The translations under genes and the position numbers were made by a program. A stretch of 64,000 nucleotides of DNA. It comes from an uncultured Gammaproteobacteria bacterium. GTDB taxonomy: Bacteria > Pseudomonadota > Gammaproteobacteria > CAZDOC01. Location: positions 42,834 to 106,833 of the forward strand of contig CAZDOC010000002.1 of the NCBI GenBank assembly GCA_964506945.1. Direction: 5' to 3'. This document shows, in pieces, positions 12,073 to 21,222 of the stretch. Every line of letters starts with the position of its first letter. Position 1 is the stretch's first letter. Under the pieces are notes generated by a model, which did no database searches, was not told the origin of the DNA, and worked only from the letters and a program-made list of their open reading frames with translations.

Positions 12073-12963
12073 ATGGACTATCCCGGTATCGAAGCCTTCG
12101 TCGGTAATACGCCCCTGGTGCGACTGCAGCGCCTGCCCGGCGAGACCAGCAATATTATCCTGGCAAAACTGGAGGGCAACAACCCCGCCGGCTCGGTCAA
12201 GGACCGTCCCGCCCTGAGCATGATCCAGCACGCCGAGGCGCGTGGGGAGATCCGCCCGGGAGACACCTTGATCGAGGCCACCAGTGGCAATACCGGTATC
12301 GCCCTGGCCATGGCCGCGGCCATGAAGGGCTATCGCATGCGTCTGATCATGCCGGAAAACATGAGCGTCGAACGGCGGGCGGTGATGCGGGCCTTTGGCG
12401 CCGAGATCGTTCTGACCTCGGCCGGGGGCAGTATGGAGGAGGCCATCGATACCGCCCGGGCGATGCAGCAGCGTGGCGAGGGAAGGGTGCTGGACCAGTT
12501 CTCCAACCCCGACAATCCACTGTCCCACTACCAGGGTACCGGTCCCGAGATCTGGCGCGACACACAGGGCGGGATCACCCATTTCGTCAGCTCCATGGGA
12601 ACCACCGGCACCATCATGGGGACCTCCCGCTATCTCAAGGAACAGAACCCGGAGATAGAGATCGTCGGTGTGCAACCCACCGGCGAGGCCCATATCCCCG
12701 GTATCCGTCGATGGCCCGAGGCCTACCTGCCGGCGATATACGACCCCGGTCGCGTGGATCGGGTCATCGATGTCGGTCAGCAGGCGGCCGAGGATACCAC
12801 CCGCGCGCTGGCCGCGCGGGAAGGGATCTTCGCCGGCATCTCTTCCGGCGGGGCGGTGGCCGCGGCGCTGGAGTTGTCCGCCACACTGGAAGACGCGGTG
12901 ATCGTGGTGATCATCTGTGACCGCGGTGATCGCTATCTGTCCACCGAGGTCTTTCCGGCCTGA
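12073..12963 (+). CDS. cysM: Cysteine synthase B (O-acetylserine sulfhydrylase B).
   Basis: Near-colinear with E. coli CysM: GNTPLVRLQRL, KLEGNNPAGSVKDRPALSMI, ATSGNTGIALAMAAAMKGY and IICDRGDRYLST. Confidence 0.9.
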   Translation: MDYPGIEAFVGNTPLVRLQRLPGETSNIILAKLEGNNPAGSVKDRPALSMIQHAEARGEIRPGDTLIEATSGNTGIALAMAAAMKGYRMRLIMPENMSVERRAVMRAFGAEIVLTSAGGSMEEAIDTARAMQQRGEGRVLDQFSNPDNPLSHYQGTGPEIWRDTQGGITHFVSSMGTTGTIMGTSRYLKEQNPEIEIVGVQPTGEAHIPGIRRWPEAYLPAIYDPGRVDRVIDVGQQAAEDTTRALAAREGIFAGISSGGAVAAALELSATLEDAVIVVIICDRGDRYLSTEVFPA

Positions 12964-12992
12964 GCCAGGGCGACGGCCGAGACAGCGACCCC

Positions 12993-15104
12993 GTGCGTCG
13001 TCGCGCCCACCACGGATCCTGGCCGTTTCCGGTCCTGTTGCTGTCCCTGTGCCTGGCCCAGGCCCTGCAGGCGCGTGGCCTGCTCGATCTCAGCCTTGCG
13101 CGTATCGCGGCGCGGGCCTGGTCGGCGGATGCCGTCAGCCTGTCACTGGAGCCGCTGGGGGTGGACGATTACCGCCTGCACCTGCGCCTCGGGCGTCTGC
13201 ATCTGCCAGCCATCCCGGTGCTCCAACGGATCGACCTGCGCTGTCCCCATGTCCGCGTGACGGGCCAACGGCTGAGCTGTACCCGGGCCCGGCTGGGTCT
13301 TCACGGCGCCGATGGCCGGCAACTGAGCGCGGTCGTGGCGCTGGAATATCATCGCGATACCCGGGTACTGCGCTTCCACCTCTCCGGGCTTGACCCTTTC
13401 CCGGGCGATTTGCGTCTGGAGGGTCACCTGCGTGGCGCGGACTGGTTCCTGCGGCTCACGGGCACGGACCTCGATCTGGCGGCGTTGCCGGGTCTGCTGT
13501 CGCCCCTGACCGCCGCGCTCGGCGGGATCGGCGAGGTCGCCGGCAAGGCGACGTTGCAGGCCACGATCAGCGGTCATGGCGCCATCCCCACACGCGTACA
13601 GCTAGGCGCGGAGGTCCGGGATATGGCCTTCAACGGCGTGAATGTGGCCGAGGCCGTGAACGCGGGACTGGAACTGGACTGCCGCCGGGCGGCGCGACAA
13701 CGGTGCCGGGTCGCGCTCGAACTGCGGCATGGCGGTGTCTATATCGAGCCGGGTCTGCAACTGGGCGCTTACCGTCCGGGTTTCACCCTGCAGGCCGGAG
13801 CGCGACCCCTGCGCCTGGATGCGCAACTCGATGCACCGCTGGCAACCACCCTGGGACGGGGCCCTGTCTACCTGAAAGCGCTCACGCTGGAGCATCCCGG
13901 GGTGATGGATCTGCGCCTGTCCGGGCTCTGGGATCAGGACCACGGGGCTCGGCCGGAGCACCTGGAGCTACATCTGCAAAGCCCTGATCTGGCGCGCCTG
14001 TATGCCGTCTATCTGCAACCGCTGTGGTTGAATACCGCGCTCAGCACACTGGAAACCAGCGGCGCCCTGAACCTGGATCTGGAGCTTGGACGCGATGCTG
14101 CGCAGCGGGTCAGGTTGAAACTGGATGATGTCTATGCCGATGACGAGGGCGCTCGCTTCAGGGTCTCGGGCCTGAGTGGTGTGTTGGCATTCACTACCGG
14201 CAATGAGCCTCTGTCATCCCGCTTGCACTGGGATGGCGCCGGGGTCTACCGGCTCGATTTCGGGGCCACGGAATTGCCCATGGTATCTCGCCAGGGGCGT
14301 CTCGAACTCACCGCTCCGGTCAGTATCCCGATCCTGGATGGCGAGTTGCGGGTCGCGCGACTGCGCCTCGGGCGCCTGGCGCAGGGTGATGCCGACATCC
14401 TCCTGGATGGTGAATTGACCCCGGTCTCCCTGCAGGAGCTGACCCAGGCCCTGGGCTGGCCACTGATGAGCGGGACCCTGTCCGGCAGGATCCCCGGCCT
14501 GCACTATGGCCAGGGGGATCTTCAGGTCCATGGTGAATTGGAGGTCGAGGCCTTCGATGGCCGTATCGGGATCCGCAACCTGCGTCTGCAGAACCTGTTC
14601 GGCCCGGTACCGGTCCTGGATGCCGATATCTCGATCCAGGGCCTGGACCTGGCGCGGCTGACCCGGACCTTTTCCTTTGGCGGCATCAGCGGGCGCCTGG
14701 ACGGGGCCATCGAGGGCCTGCGCCTGGAGGCCTGGCAACCGTTGCGTTTCGACGCCTGGCTGGCCACGCCGGATGATGATGACAGCCGCCACCGCATCAG
14801 CCAGCGGGCGGTGGACAACCTCACCCGCATCGGTGGCGGCGCCACCACCAGCGCCATCTCACGCGCCTTCCTGGGGGTCTTCAAGGCCTTTGACTATGAC
14901 CGTCTGGGGCTGCGTTGCCGATTGCGCAACGGCATCTGTCAGATGGATGGTGTGGCCCCGGCAAAGTCGGGTTACTATATCGTCGAACATGGCCTGCTGC
15001 CCCCCTGGCTGGACATCATCGGTTATAACCGTAGCGTGAACTGGGAGGTGCTGGTCGAGCGTCTGCGGGCCATCGTTCAGGGCCAGGCGCCGGTCATGCG
15101 CTAG
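12993..15104 (+). CDS. YdbH-like AsmA-family protein (DctA-YdbH domain), a large periplasm-spanning envelope protein.
   Basis: N-terminal signal or anchor, long repetitive beta-rich body, C-terminal conserved block GYYIVEHGLLPPWLDIIGYNRSVNW. It is followed by a YnbE/YdbL-like gene, as in the E. coli ydbH-ynbE-ydbL operon. Confidence 0.6.
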   Translation: MRRRAHHGSWPFPVLLLSLCLAQALQARGLLDLSLARIAARAWSADAVSLSLEPLGVDDYRLHLRLGRLHLPAIPVLQRIDLRCPHVRVTGQRLSCTRARLGLHGADGRQLSAVVALEYHRDTRVLRFHLSGLDPFPGDLRLEGHLRGADWFLRLTGTDLDLAALPGLLSPLTAALGGIGEVAGKATLQATISGHGAIPTRVQLGAEVRDMAFNGVNVAEAVNAGLELDCRRAARQRCRVALELRHGGVYIEPGLQLGAYRPGFTLQAGARPLRLDAQLDAPLATTLGRGPVYLKALTLEHPGVMDLRLSGLWDQDHGARPEHLELHLQSPDLARLYAVYLQPLWLNTALSTLETSGALNLDLELGRDAAQRVRLKLDDVYADDEGARFRVSGLSGVLAFTTGNEPLSSRLHWDGAGVYRLDFGATELPMVSRQGRLELTAPVSIPILDGELRVARLRLGRLAQGDADILLDGELTPVSLQELTQALGWPLMSGTLSGRIPGLHYGQGDLQVHGELEVEAFDGRIGIRNLRLQNLFGPVPVLDADISIQGLDLARLTRTFSFGGISGRLDGAIEGLRLEAWQPLRFDAWLATPDDDDSRHRISQRAVDNLTRIGGGATTSAISRAFLGVFKAFDYDRLGLRCRLRNGICQMDGVAPAKSGYYIVEHGLLPPWLDIIGYNRSVNWEVLVERLRAIVQGQAPVMR

Positions 15105-15330
15105 ACCGGCATGGAAACATGAACCATTCAGGGTCTCTGCGGGACGAGGCGATATCACCGGAATCGATTGCCGCCGGTGAAGGATTCTGGAACACGGTGC
15201 GAATCGTATTTGCACCGAGGCGTGCGTTGATCGATCCAGGACGGATTCATTCAGCGTTTCCTCTCTCCTGAGTTGCCGCCCTGCCCTGGGTGCCAAGACT
15301 ATCAGCAGCAAGGTCTTCAAGGAGTCACAA

Positions 15331-15969
15331 ATGAAATCCACGCATCAGTTCTCACTGGCCAGCATGTGTCTGCTGCTGGTCGCCTGCGTTACGGTCAATG
15401 TCTATTTCCCCGCCGCGGCGGCGGAAAAGGCCGCGGACCGTTTCATCCGCGATGTCTATGGCGAACAGCCCGGCAAGATAACACGGCCGGCGCCGGAGCA
15501 GACCCCGCAAAGCGGACAGCCGGAGGTCCAGACCCCGCCGCAGTCGTCGCTGCAACCGTCCTTGCCGCTACTCGGATGGCTGCTCGACAGCCTGGTTCCG
15601 GAGGCCTCGGCCGCAGCGCTGGACATCAGTATCTCCTCCCCCGGCATCAACCGCCTGAAGGCCGCGATGCGATCGCGAAATCGCGCCCTGGCGCCGTTTT
15701 ACAACAGCGGCGCCGTGGGCATGACCGCCAACGGCCTGCTGACCCTGCGCAATCCCAGGGCCGTCGGACTGAAGGACCGTAACCGCGTCAAGCAATTGAT
15801 CGCCGATGAAAACCGCGATCGCAACGCCCTCTATGCCGAGGTCGCCCGCGCCAACGGTCATCCGGAGTGGGAGCCGGAGATACGAGCGACCTTCGCCAGC
15901 CGCTGGGTCGGCAATGCCCCGCGGGGCTGGTGGTATCAGGACGGGCGCGGCAACTGGAAGCAGAAATAG
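15331..15969 (+). CDS. Fused YnbE-like lipoprotein and YdbL-like (DUF1318) periplasmic protein.
   Basis: Lipobox LLVAC followed by CVTVNVYFPAAAA (YnbE-like). The C-terminal half, SGAVGMTANGLLTL...ENRDRNALYAEVARANGHPEW...GWWYQDGRGNWKQK, resembles DUF1318/YdbL. Confidence 0.55.
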   Translation: MKSTHQFSLASMCLLLVACVTVNVYFPAAAAEKAADRFIRDVYGEQPGKITRPAPEQTPQSGQPEVQTPPQSSLQPSLPLLGWLLDSLVPEASAAALDISISSPGINRLKAAMRSRNRALAPFYNSGAVGMTANGLLTLRNPRAVGLKDRNRVKQLIADENRDRNALYAEVARANGHPEWEPEIRATFASRWVGNAPRGWWYQDGRGNWKQK

Positions 15970-15994
15970 GCCTGCGGGCAGGGGAGGGTTCGCG

Positions 15995-16687
15995 ATGAAT
16001 TGCCTGATCTTCGCCATAGCAACGGCGCCGGATCTCGATGCCGGGCGGCATCTGCATCAGCTGCAGGACATCGATGACGAGGATGTCGCCACGGCCTTGT
16101 CGACGCTGCGTTATCAGCAGACCGACGGTGGTACCGATCGTCTCCCGGCCCACCTGCAACGGGTGGTGACGATCTCCCTGCTGGAATCCCGTGACGGGGA
16201 ACTGGACCTGTGCCGCCTGGGCGCCGATGAGAGGGATGAGCAGGATCTGCTGGAGAGGTTCTTTGACCGGGTCCGTACCCATGAGCGGGAGCTGGTGAGC
16301 TGGGATGGGGCCGCCTTCGCGCTGCCGGTGCTGAACTACAGGGCGCTGGTGCATGCGCTCTGTGTGCCCTGGCAGGAGGATGACGGGATCCTGGGCTGGC
16401 CGCATACGGATCTGCGCGCCGCCCTCTCCGCGCCGGGCGGCGGGGACGTGGTGCGGCTGGACGAGATCGCGCGCCTGCTGGGTTTCCCCGGCGGTATCGA
16501 TGCCGACGCCGGGGCGGATACGCAGCGGGACGTGCTCAATGCCTATCTGATCTACCTGCGCCTGGAGCGCCTGCGCGGACACTTGTCCGCGGCCGACTGC
16601 GAGCAGGAATATTCACGGCTGCGGGAATGGCTGTGGCAGTCGGGGCAGGAGTCCCTGCAGGCCTTCCTGCAGGCCTGGGGCACCTGA
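15995..16687 (+). CDS. PolB-exonuclease-like (COG3298, RNase H-like) protein with degenerate catalytic motifs.
   Basis: Start at the ATG giving MNCLIFAIATAPDLDAGR.... Colinear with the COG3298 predicted 3'-5' exonuclease family (HLQRVVTISLL, LVSWDGAAFALPVLNYRAL, IARLLGFPGG, DVLNAYLIYLRL). The Exo I, II and III acidic residues are substituted (FAIAT, FALP, and no Y-x3-D). Confidence 0.6.
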   Translation: MNCLIFAIATAPDLDAGRHLHQLQDIDDEDVATALSTLRYQQTDGGTDRLPAHLQRVVTISLLESRDGELDLCRLGADERDEQDLLERFFDRVRTHERELVSWDGAAFALPVLNYRALVHALCVPWQEDDGILGWPHTDLRAALSAPGGGDVVRLDEIARLLGFPGGIDADAGADTQRDVLNAYLIYLRLERLRGHLSAADCEQEYSRLREWLWQSGQESLQAFLQAWGT

Positions 16688-16695
16688 GTCCGGTG

Positions 16696-18318
16696 CTATT
16701 CACCCGCGTGGGCGAAGGCCCGCGGGTGGTCACGGATCTGGCTACTGCTGTACAGGGCCAGGATGCGTGAGCTGCGATAGGGCTGCTGGTAGAGGGGGGC
16801 GACGGCACGCGGCAGGTGGCCGTATTTGAAATAGGTGACGATATAGCCGCCGGCATGGCGCTCCGCCCAGGCCGTCACGCCCCCCCGCGGTATCTTTTCC
16901 AGTGGCGCCTGCAGCCGGCCCAGCAGCATGAACTGTTCCCGGTGTGTGCCACGGTGCCCCAATGGATGGCCGCTGGCCTGTAACGCCGCCAGGCGCCGGC
17001 TGATGACGCTGAGGTCATGGTAGGGGGCGGCGCTGTGGAATGCGCCGACCAGGGCGGTGGCGATGGCCAGGGTGGAGGCCAGGGCCAGGGCGCGGTCGTG
17101 GCCCGCCGGCCGACGGCTGCGCAGCGCCACGAACAAACCGATGCCCATCACCAGCAGGCCCCACAGGGGCGACAGTTCGCGCAACCAGCCATGTCCGGGG
17201 ACGTGGCGCAGATAGAGTGGCGTGGCACTCAGGAGCAGCCCGACCAGGGCGATGAGCAGGCCCGGAAGCCAGCAGGCCGTGTTGGCCGTGGCGGGGTCCC
17301 GCTGGCTGAGCAAGCGGCTGATCAGGAGTGCCGCCGGAGGCAGCAGCGGCACCAGATAGTGCACCTTCTTGCCCCCGATCAGGGACAGCAGCAGGAGCAC
17401 GGGCAGCAACCAGGCCAGGCAGAAGCGCAGGCCGCGATCGTCCGGCAGCGAGCCTTGCAGGCCCCGCCACAGGCCGGGGAGGAACAGCCACGGGAACAAC
17501 AGCGGGATCAGCAGCGGCAGATACCACCACCAGGGCCGCGCATGCATGTAGCCCTTGCCGAGGCGGTCGGCGGTCTGGTGCCAGCCTATCATGCGCGCGT
17601 ATTCCGCTCCGCCTTGCAGCGCCGCCGGCACCGCCCAGGCCAGCGCCAGCAGGCTGCCGGCGATCGTGGCCAGCAGCACACCCAGATACCAGCGTCCCCA
17701 GCGCCTGTCCCCCGGCACAACCCACATCGGCGCCAGCAGGATCACCGGCAGGCTGTCCAGCAGCATCACCGGCCCCTTGGTCAGCAGCCCCAGGGCCAGC
17801 CCCAGGGCCAGATAGACCCAGCCCCGGCCTTCTCGCCGCAGGCTCAGCAGGGCGCCATAGATGCTCAATAGCACGAAATACACCAGTACCAGATCGAATA
17901 GCAGCATGCCCGAGTAAAACAGCCACAATGGCAGGCTCAGAAGCACCAGAGGGACCCGTTGCGCGGGACCTTCGCGAGCCGGCCACAGCAGCAGGGCCAG
18001 GCGCCGCACCAGCAACAGGGAGGCCAGGGCGAACAGGGTCGGTATCAGCCGTGGCCACCACTCACTGACACCGAACAGCCACCAGCCCGCCTGCATCAGC
18101 CAGAACAGCAACGGGGGCTTGTGGCTGTAAGGCATGGCGTTGACATAGGGGACGAGGAAATCGTGTCGCAGCCACATCTCCCAGGCCACCGCCAGGTAGC
18201 GGGTTTCATCGAAGGGGAAGGCGTGCCGCAGGAGCAGTTGCAGCAGACCGTAGCTCAGCAGCAGGATAGCGGCCAGCGGCAGGGTATCGCCTGGCAGCAA
18301 GGGGGAGGGACGGGCCAT
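16696..18318 (-). CDS. Glycosyltransferase family 39/83, ArnT-like undecaprenyl-phosphate-sugar transferase (polytopic membrane protein).
   Basis: The 540-aa product has about a dozen hydrophobic helices, the ArnT/PMT signature YSHKPPLLFWLMQAGWWLFG, and periplasmic loops. Confidence 0.75.
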   Translation of the reverse strand: MARPSPLLPGDTLPLAAILLLSYGLLQLLLRHAFPFDETRYLAVAWEMWLRHDFLVPYVNAMPYSHKPPLLFWLMQAGWWLFGVSEWWPRLIPTLFALASLLLVRRLALLLWPAREGPAQRVPLVLLSLPLWLFYSGMLLFDLVLVYFVLLSIYGALLSLRREGRGWVYLALGLALGLLTKGPVMLLDSLPVILLAPMWVVPGDRRWGRWYLGVLLATIAGSLLALAWAVPAALQGGAEYARMIGWHQTADRLGKGYMHARPWWWYLPLLIPLLFPWLFLPGLWRGLQGSLPDDRGLRFCLAWLLPVLLLLSLIGGKKVHYLVPLLPPAALLISRLLSQRDPATANTACWLPGLLIALVGLLLSATPLYLRHVPGHGWLRELSPLWGLLVMGIGLFVALRSRRPAGHDRALALASTLAIATALVGAFHSAAPYHDLSVISRRLAALQASGHPLGHRGTHREQFMLLGRLQAPLEKIPRGGVTAWAERHAGGYIVTYFKYGHLPRAVAPLYQQPYRSSRILALYSSSQIRDHPRAFAHAGE

Positions 18319-18391
18319 GCTCGGATTCCTTCTCAGTGAGTCGACATGCGCGTGTACCAGGCCGCGCTCCCTGGGGGCGCCCGCAAGGCGG

Positions 18392-18943
18392 TCAGTCGCG
18401 CGCGAGGCCCTGTTCCACCGCCTCGCGGGTATCGTGGTCGCTGAGCGCCTCGATCAATTCCAGGGCAAAGTCCATGGCCGTGCCGGGTCCGCGTGAGGTG
18501 ATGACCTGGCCGTCACGTACCACGGCCTCGCCGGTCACATCGACGTCCGGCCAGTCCCCGGCTTCCAGGACCCCGGGATAGGCCGTGGCCCGCTTGCCGT
18601 CCAGCAGGCCCTGGCTGGCCAGAACCTTGGGCGCGGCGCAGATGGCGGCGGTAAAACGGCCGCTGTTGGCCAGTTGCCTGAGCAATTCACCGATGCGCGC
18701 GTCCCGCTGCAGATGATCGGCGCCCGGCAGGCCGCCAGGCAAGACCACCATGTCGTAATCACGTTCCAGGGCGGTGTCGAGGCTGACATCGGGGATCAGC
18801 ATCACATCCCGGCTGGCGTGTACCGGGCCGTCCCGCAGGCCGGCGGTTATGACCTCGATGCCCGCGCGGCGCAGCAGGTCGATGATGGTGACGGCCTCTA
18901 GTTCTTCGCAGCCGTCGGCGAGGGGGACAAGGACAGTTGCCAT
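18392..18943 (-). CDS. DJ-1/PfpI family protein.
   Basis: MATVLVPLADGCEELEAVTIIDLLRRAGI...AAICAAPKVL matches the DJ-1/ThiJ nucleophile-elbow region. Confidence 0.8.
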   Translation of the reverse strand: MATVLVPLADGCEELEAVTIIDLLRRAGIEVITAGLRDGPVHASRDVMLIPDVSLDTALERDYDMVVLPGGLPGADHLQRDARIGELLRQLANSGRFTAAICAAPKVLASQGLLDGKRATAYPGVLEAGDWPDVDVTGEAVVRDGQVITSRGPGTAMDFALELIEALSDHDTREAVEQGLARD

Positions 18944-19725
18944 GAGGGATGCCTCTCTTCCAGTTTGACCAGGCGTCCCAGTCTGATCAGACGGACGCCA
19001 TGGCGTTGTTCGATATCGGGGAGTTCCGCCGCCAGCAGGGCCAGCGTCTGTGGGTGTGGGTGGGCGATGGCCAGGGCATAGCCCTGTTCACGGGCCTTGT
19101 CGAGCAGGCGATGGAATTGCATGGCGATGGCCGTGGGGCTGAGGTCGTCATCGAGGAATACATCGCGGGAGATACTGGGGATCCCCTGCTCCAGGGCGAT
19201 CTCCTCGGCAACGGTGCCGCTGGTGGTGCGGCTGTCGATGAAGAACAGGCCGCGATGACGGTGGATCGCGGTCATCAGCCACTGCATCCTGTCGGCCTGC
19301 GTGGTCAGCAGGCTGCCCATGTGGTTGTTGACACCAATCGCCCGGGGCACCGACTCCAGCGCCATGCGCAGGCGGGTGGCGATCTCCACCTGATCCATGT
19401 CGCTGCGCAGGGCCCCCGGACCCAGCAGGTGATTGTGATGCTCGGCCTCCATGGGCAGGTGCAGCAGGATCTCCTTGCCCAGGGCGTGGGCGGTCTCGGC
19501 CAGGCGCGCGCCATTGGGTGTGAAGGGCAGGAAGGAGTAACTCAGGGGTCCAGGCAGTGCCAGGGCGCGCCGGCCCTGTTCCAGGCGATAGCCCATGTCA
19601 TCGATGATGATGCTGATGACCGGGGTGGCGTCGTTGGCCGTGGCCGGCATCGCCGGCAGGCACAGCAGCGCAAGCACGGCGAGGCCGCTGATCCAAGATG
19701 CGCCGATACCCCGGGACAGGTTCAT
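18898..19725 (-). CDS. yibQ: Divergent polysaccharide deacetylase, YibQ family.
   Basis: Signal peptide followed by PVISIIIDDMGYRLEQGRRALALPGPLSYSFLPFTPNG. Conserved position downstream of envC. The 3' end overlaps the DJ-1 start by 46 nt. Confidence 0.8.
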   Translation of the reverse strand: MNLSRGIGASWISGLAVLALLCLPAMPATANDATPVISIIIDDMGYRLEQGRRALALPGPLSYSFLPFTPNGARLAETAHALGKEILLHLPMEAEHHNHLLGPGALRSDMDQVEIATRLRMALESVPRAIGVNNHMGSLLTTQADRMQWLMTAIHRHRGLFFIDSRTTSGTVAEEIALEQGIPSISRDVFLDDDLSPTAIAMQFHRLLDKAREQGYALAIAHPHPQTLALLAAELPDIEQRHGVRLIRLGRLVKLEERHPSWQLSLSPSPTAAKN

Positions 19726-19731
19726 GCCGAT

Positions 19732-21042
19732 CTATTTTTTTGCCTGCTGCAGCAGGGCCAGACCCTTGAGCAGGTTGAAGGCCTCGTAGAGTTCAAAGTC
19801 ACGCGAGACCAGTTGCTTGATGTTTTTTGCGTTGTTCTTGCCGCCCTTGTTCTTCAACGCCTCGATCAGCTTGCCGTTGCGCAGGTGGTGGCTGAGGTCG
19901 GCCTCCTTCACGCTGCTGGCGGGACTCTTCTCCCTGGGTTTGATGCTGAGGGGTTCCAGGACGATGTCCGGGGTGATCCCCTGGGCCTGTATGGAACGCC
20001 CCGAAGGGGTGTAATAGCGCGCCGTGGTGAGTTTCACCGCGGTCTCGTTGGTCATCGGCAGGATGGTCTGCACCGAGCCCTTGCCGAAGCTCTGCTGACC
20101 CATGATGATCGCGCGCCTGTGGTCCTGCAGCGCCCCGGCGACGATCTCCGAGGCCGAGGCCGAACCGCCGTTGATCAGCACCACCATCGGCGCGTCATGG
20201 ATCAGGTCCATGGGCTTGGCGTTGAAGCGGATATCGGAGTCCTTGATGCGGCCCTGGGTATAGACGAGCAGGCCCTTGGAGATGAAGGCGTCGGAGACCT
20301 CCACGGCGGCGTCGAGAACCCCGCCGGGATTGTTGCGCAGGTCCAGGATGAGGCCCTTGATCCGATCCTGATTGTCCTTGTTCAGGCGTGTGATGGCCTT
20401 GCGCAGGTCCTCGCCGGTATGGGACTGGAACTGCGAAATGCGCACGTAGGCGAAGCCGGGCGCGAGGGTCTCGCTGCGTACGCTCCTGACCTTGACGATG
20501 GCCCGTGTGATTTCGATCTTCAGGGGCTTTTCCACGCCTTCGCGGACCACGGTCAGGGTGATCTTGCTGCCGGGTTTGCCGCGCATGATCTTGACCGCAT
20601 CGCTCAGCGACATGCCCTTGACCGGGGTGTCGTCGAGGCGAATGATCAGGTCACCGGCCTGGATCCCGGCCTTGGCGGCCGGGGTGTCGTCTATCGGCGA
20701 GATGACCTTGATGAAACCATCCTCCTGTCCCACCTCGATGCCCAGGCCACCGAACTCACCCGAGGTGCCTTCCTGCAGATCCCGGAACGCGGCCTTGTCC
20801 AGGTAGGCCGAATGGGGATCCAGGCCGGTGAGCATGCCACGGATGGCGTTCTCCAGCAGGGTCTTGTCATCCACCGGCTCGACATAATCGTTCTTGATCT
20901 TGGCGAAGACCTCGGTAAAGGTGCGCAACTCGCGCAATGGCAGTGGATCCGTATCCTTGCCTGCTGGCGCCGCGGCCGTCACATTCAGGCCGAGGAACAG
21001 CCCGGCTGCCAGCACAAGGATTTGCGTCGGTACTTTTTTCAT
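19732..21042 (-). CDS. ctpA: Carboxy-terminal processing protease (S41).
   Basis: Signal peptide, PDZ domain (FGGLGIEVGQEDGFIKVISPIDDTPAAKAGIQAGDLII) and S41 catalytic region (VVLINGGSASASEIVAGALQDHRRAIIMGQQSFGKGSVQ). Confidence 0.9.
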   Translation of the reverse strand: MKKVPTQILVLAAGLFLGLNVTAAAPAGKDTDPLPLRELRTFTEVFAKIKNDYVEPVDDKTLLENAIRGMLTGLDPHSAYLDKAAFRDLQEGTSGEFGGLGIEVGQEDGFIKVISPIDDTPAAKAGIQAGDLIIRLDDTPVKGMSLSDAVKIMRGKPGSKITLTVVREGVEKPLKIEITRAIVKVRSVRSETLAPGFAYVRISQFQSHTGEDLRKAITRLNKDNQDRIKGLILDLRNNPGGVLDAAVEVSDAFISKGLLVYTQGRIKDSDIRFNAKPMDLIHDAPMVVLINGGSASASEIVAGALQDHRRAIIMGQQSFGKGSVQTILPMTNETAVKLTTARYYTPSGRSIQAQGITPDIVLEPLSIKPREKSPASSVKEADLSHHLRNGKLIEALKNKGGKNNAKNIKQLVSRDFELYEAFNLLKGLALLQQAKK

Positions 21043-21222
21043 AAGCGATTTGTCTTCTAACTCAGCCTGTTACGGTGCGAACCCGTGAGGATACGCGCGC
21101 CGGACCCGGGCCACAAGTGCCCAGGGGTCCCGAGCCGGATGCGCGGCCACCCCGTGGCTCCATCGCCCGGCCCCGGTCTGGCCGGCTGCGGCCGCTACGC
21201 GGTCATCCGCCGAGTCCTGCGC

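Noticed and set aside
15105-15330. Possible sigma-54 promoter (TGGAAC...TTTGCA) and an imperfect palindrome TGCGAATCGTATTTGCA upstream of the ynbE/ydbL-like gene.
   Set aside because: The GG-to-GC spacing does not fit the -24/-12 consensus (it would need 10 nt). The palindrome matches only 12 of 17 positions.
18949-21060. 703-aa + strand ORF.
   Set aside because: It is antisense to yibQ and ctpA, two clearly homologous - strand genes. The product is a G/Q/D/H-rich low-complexity sequence.
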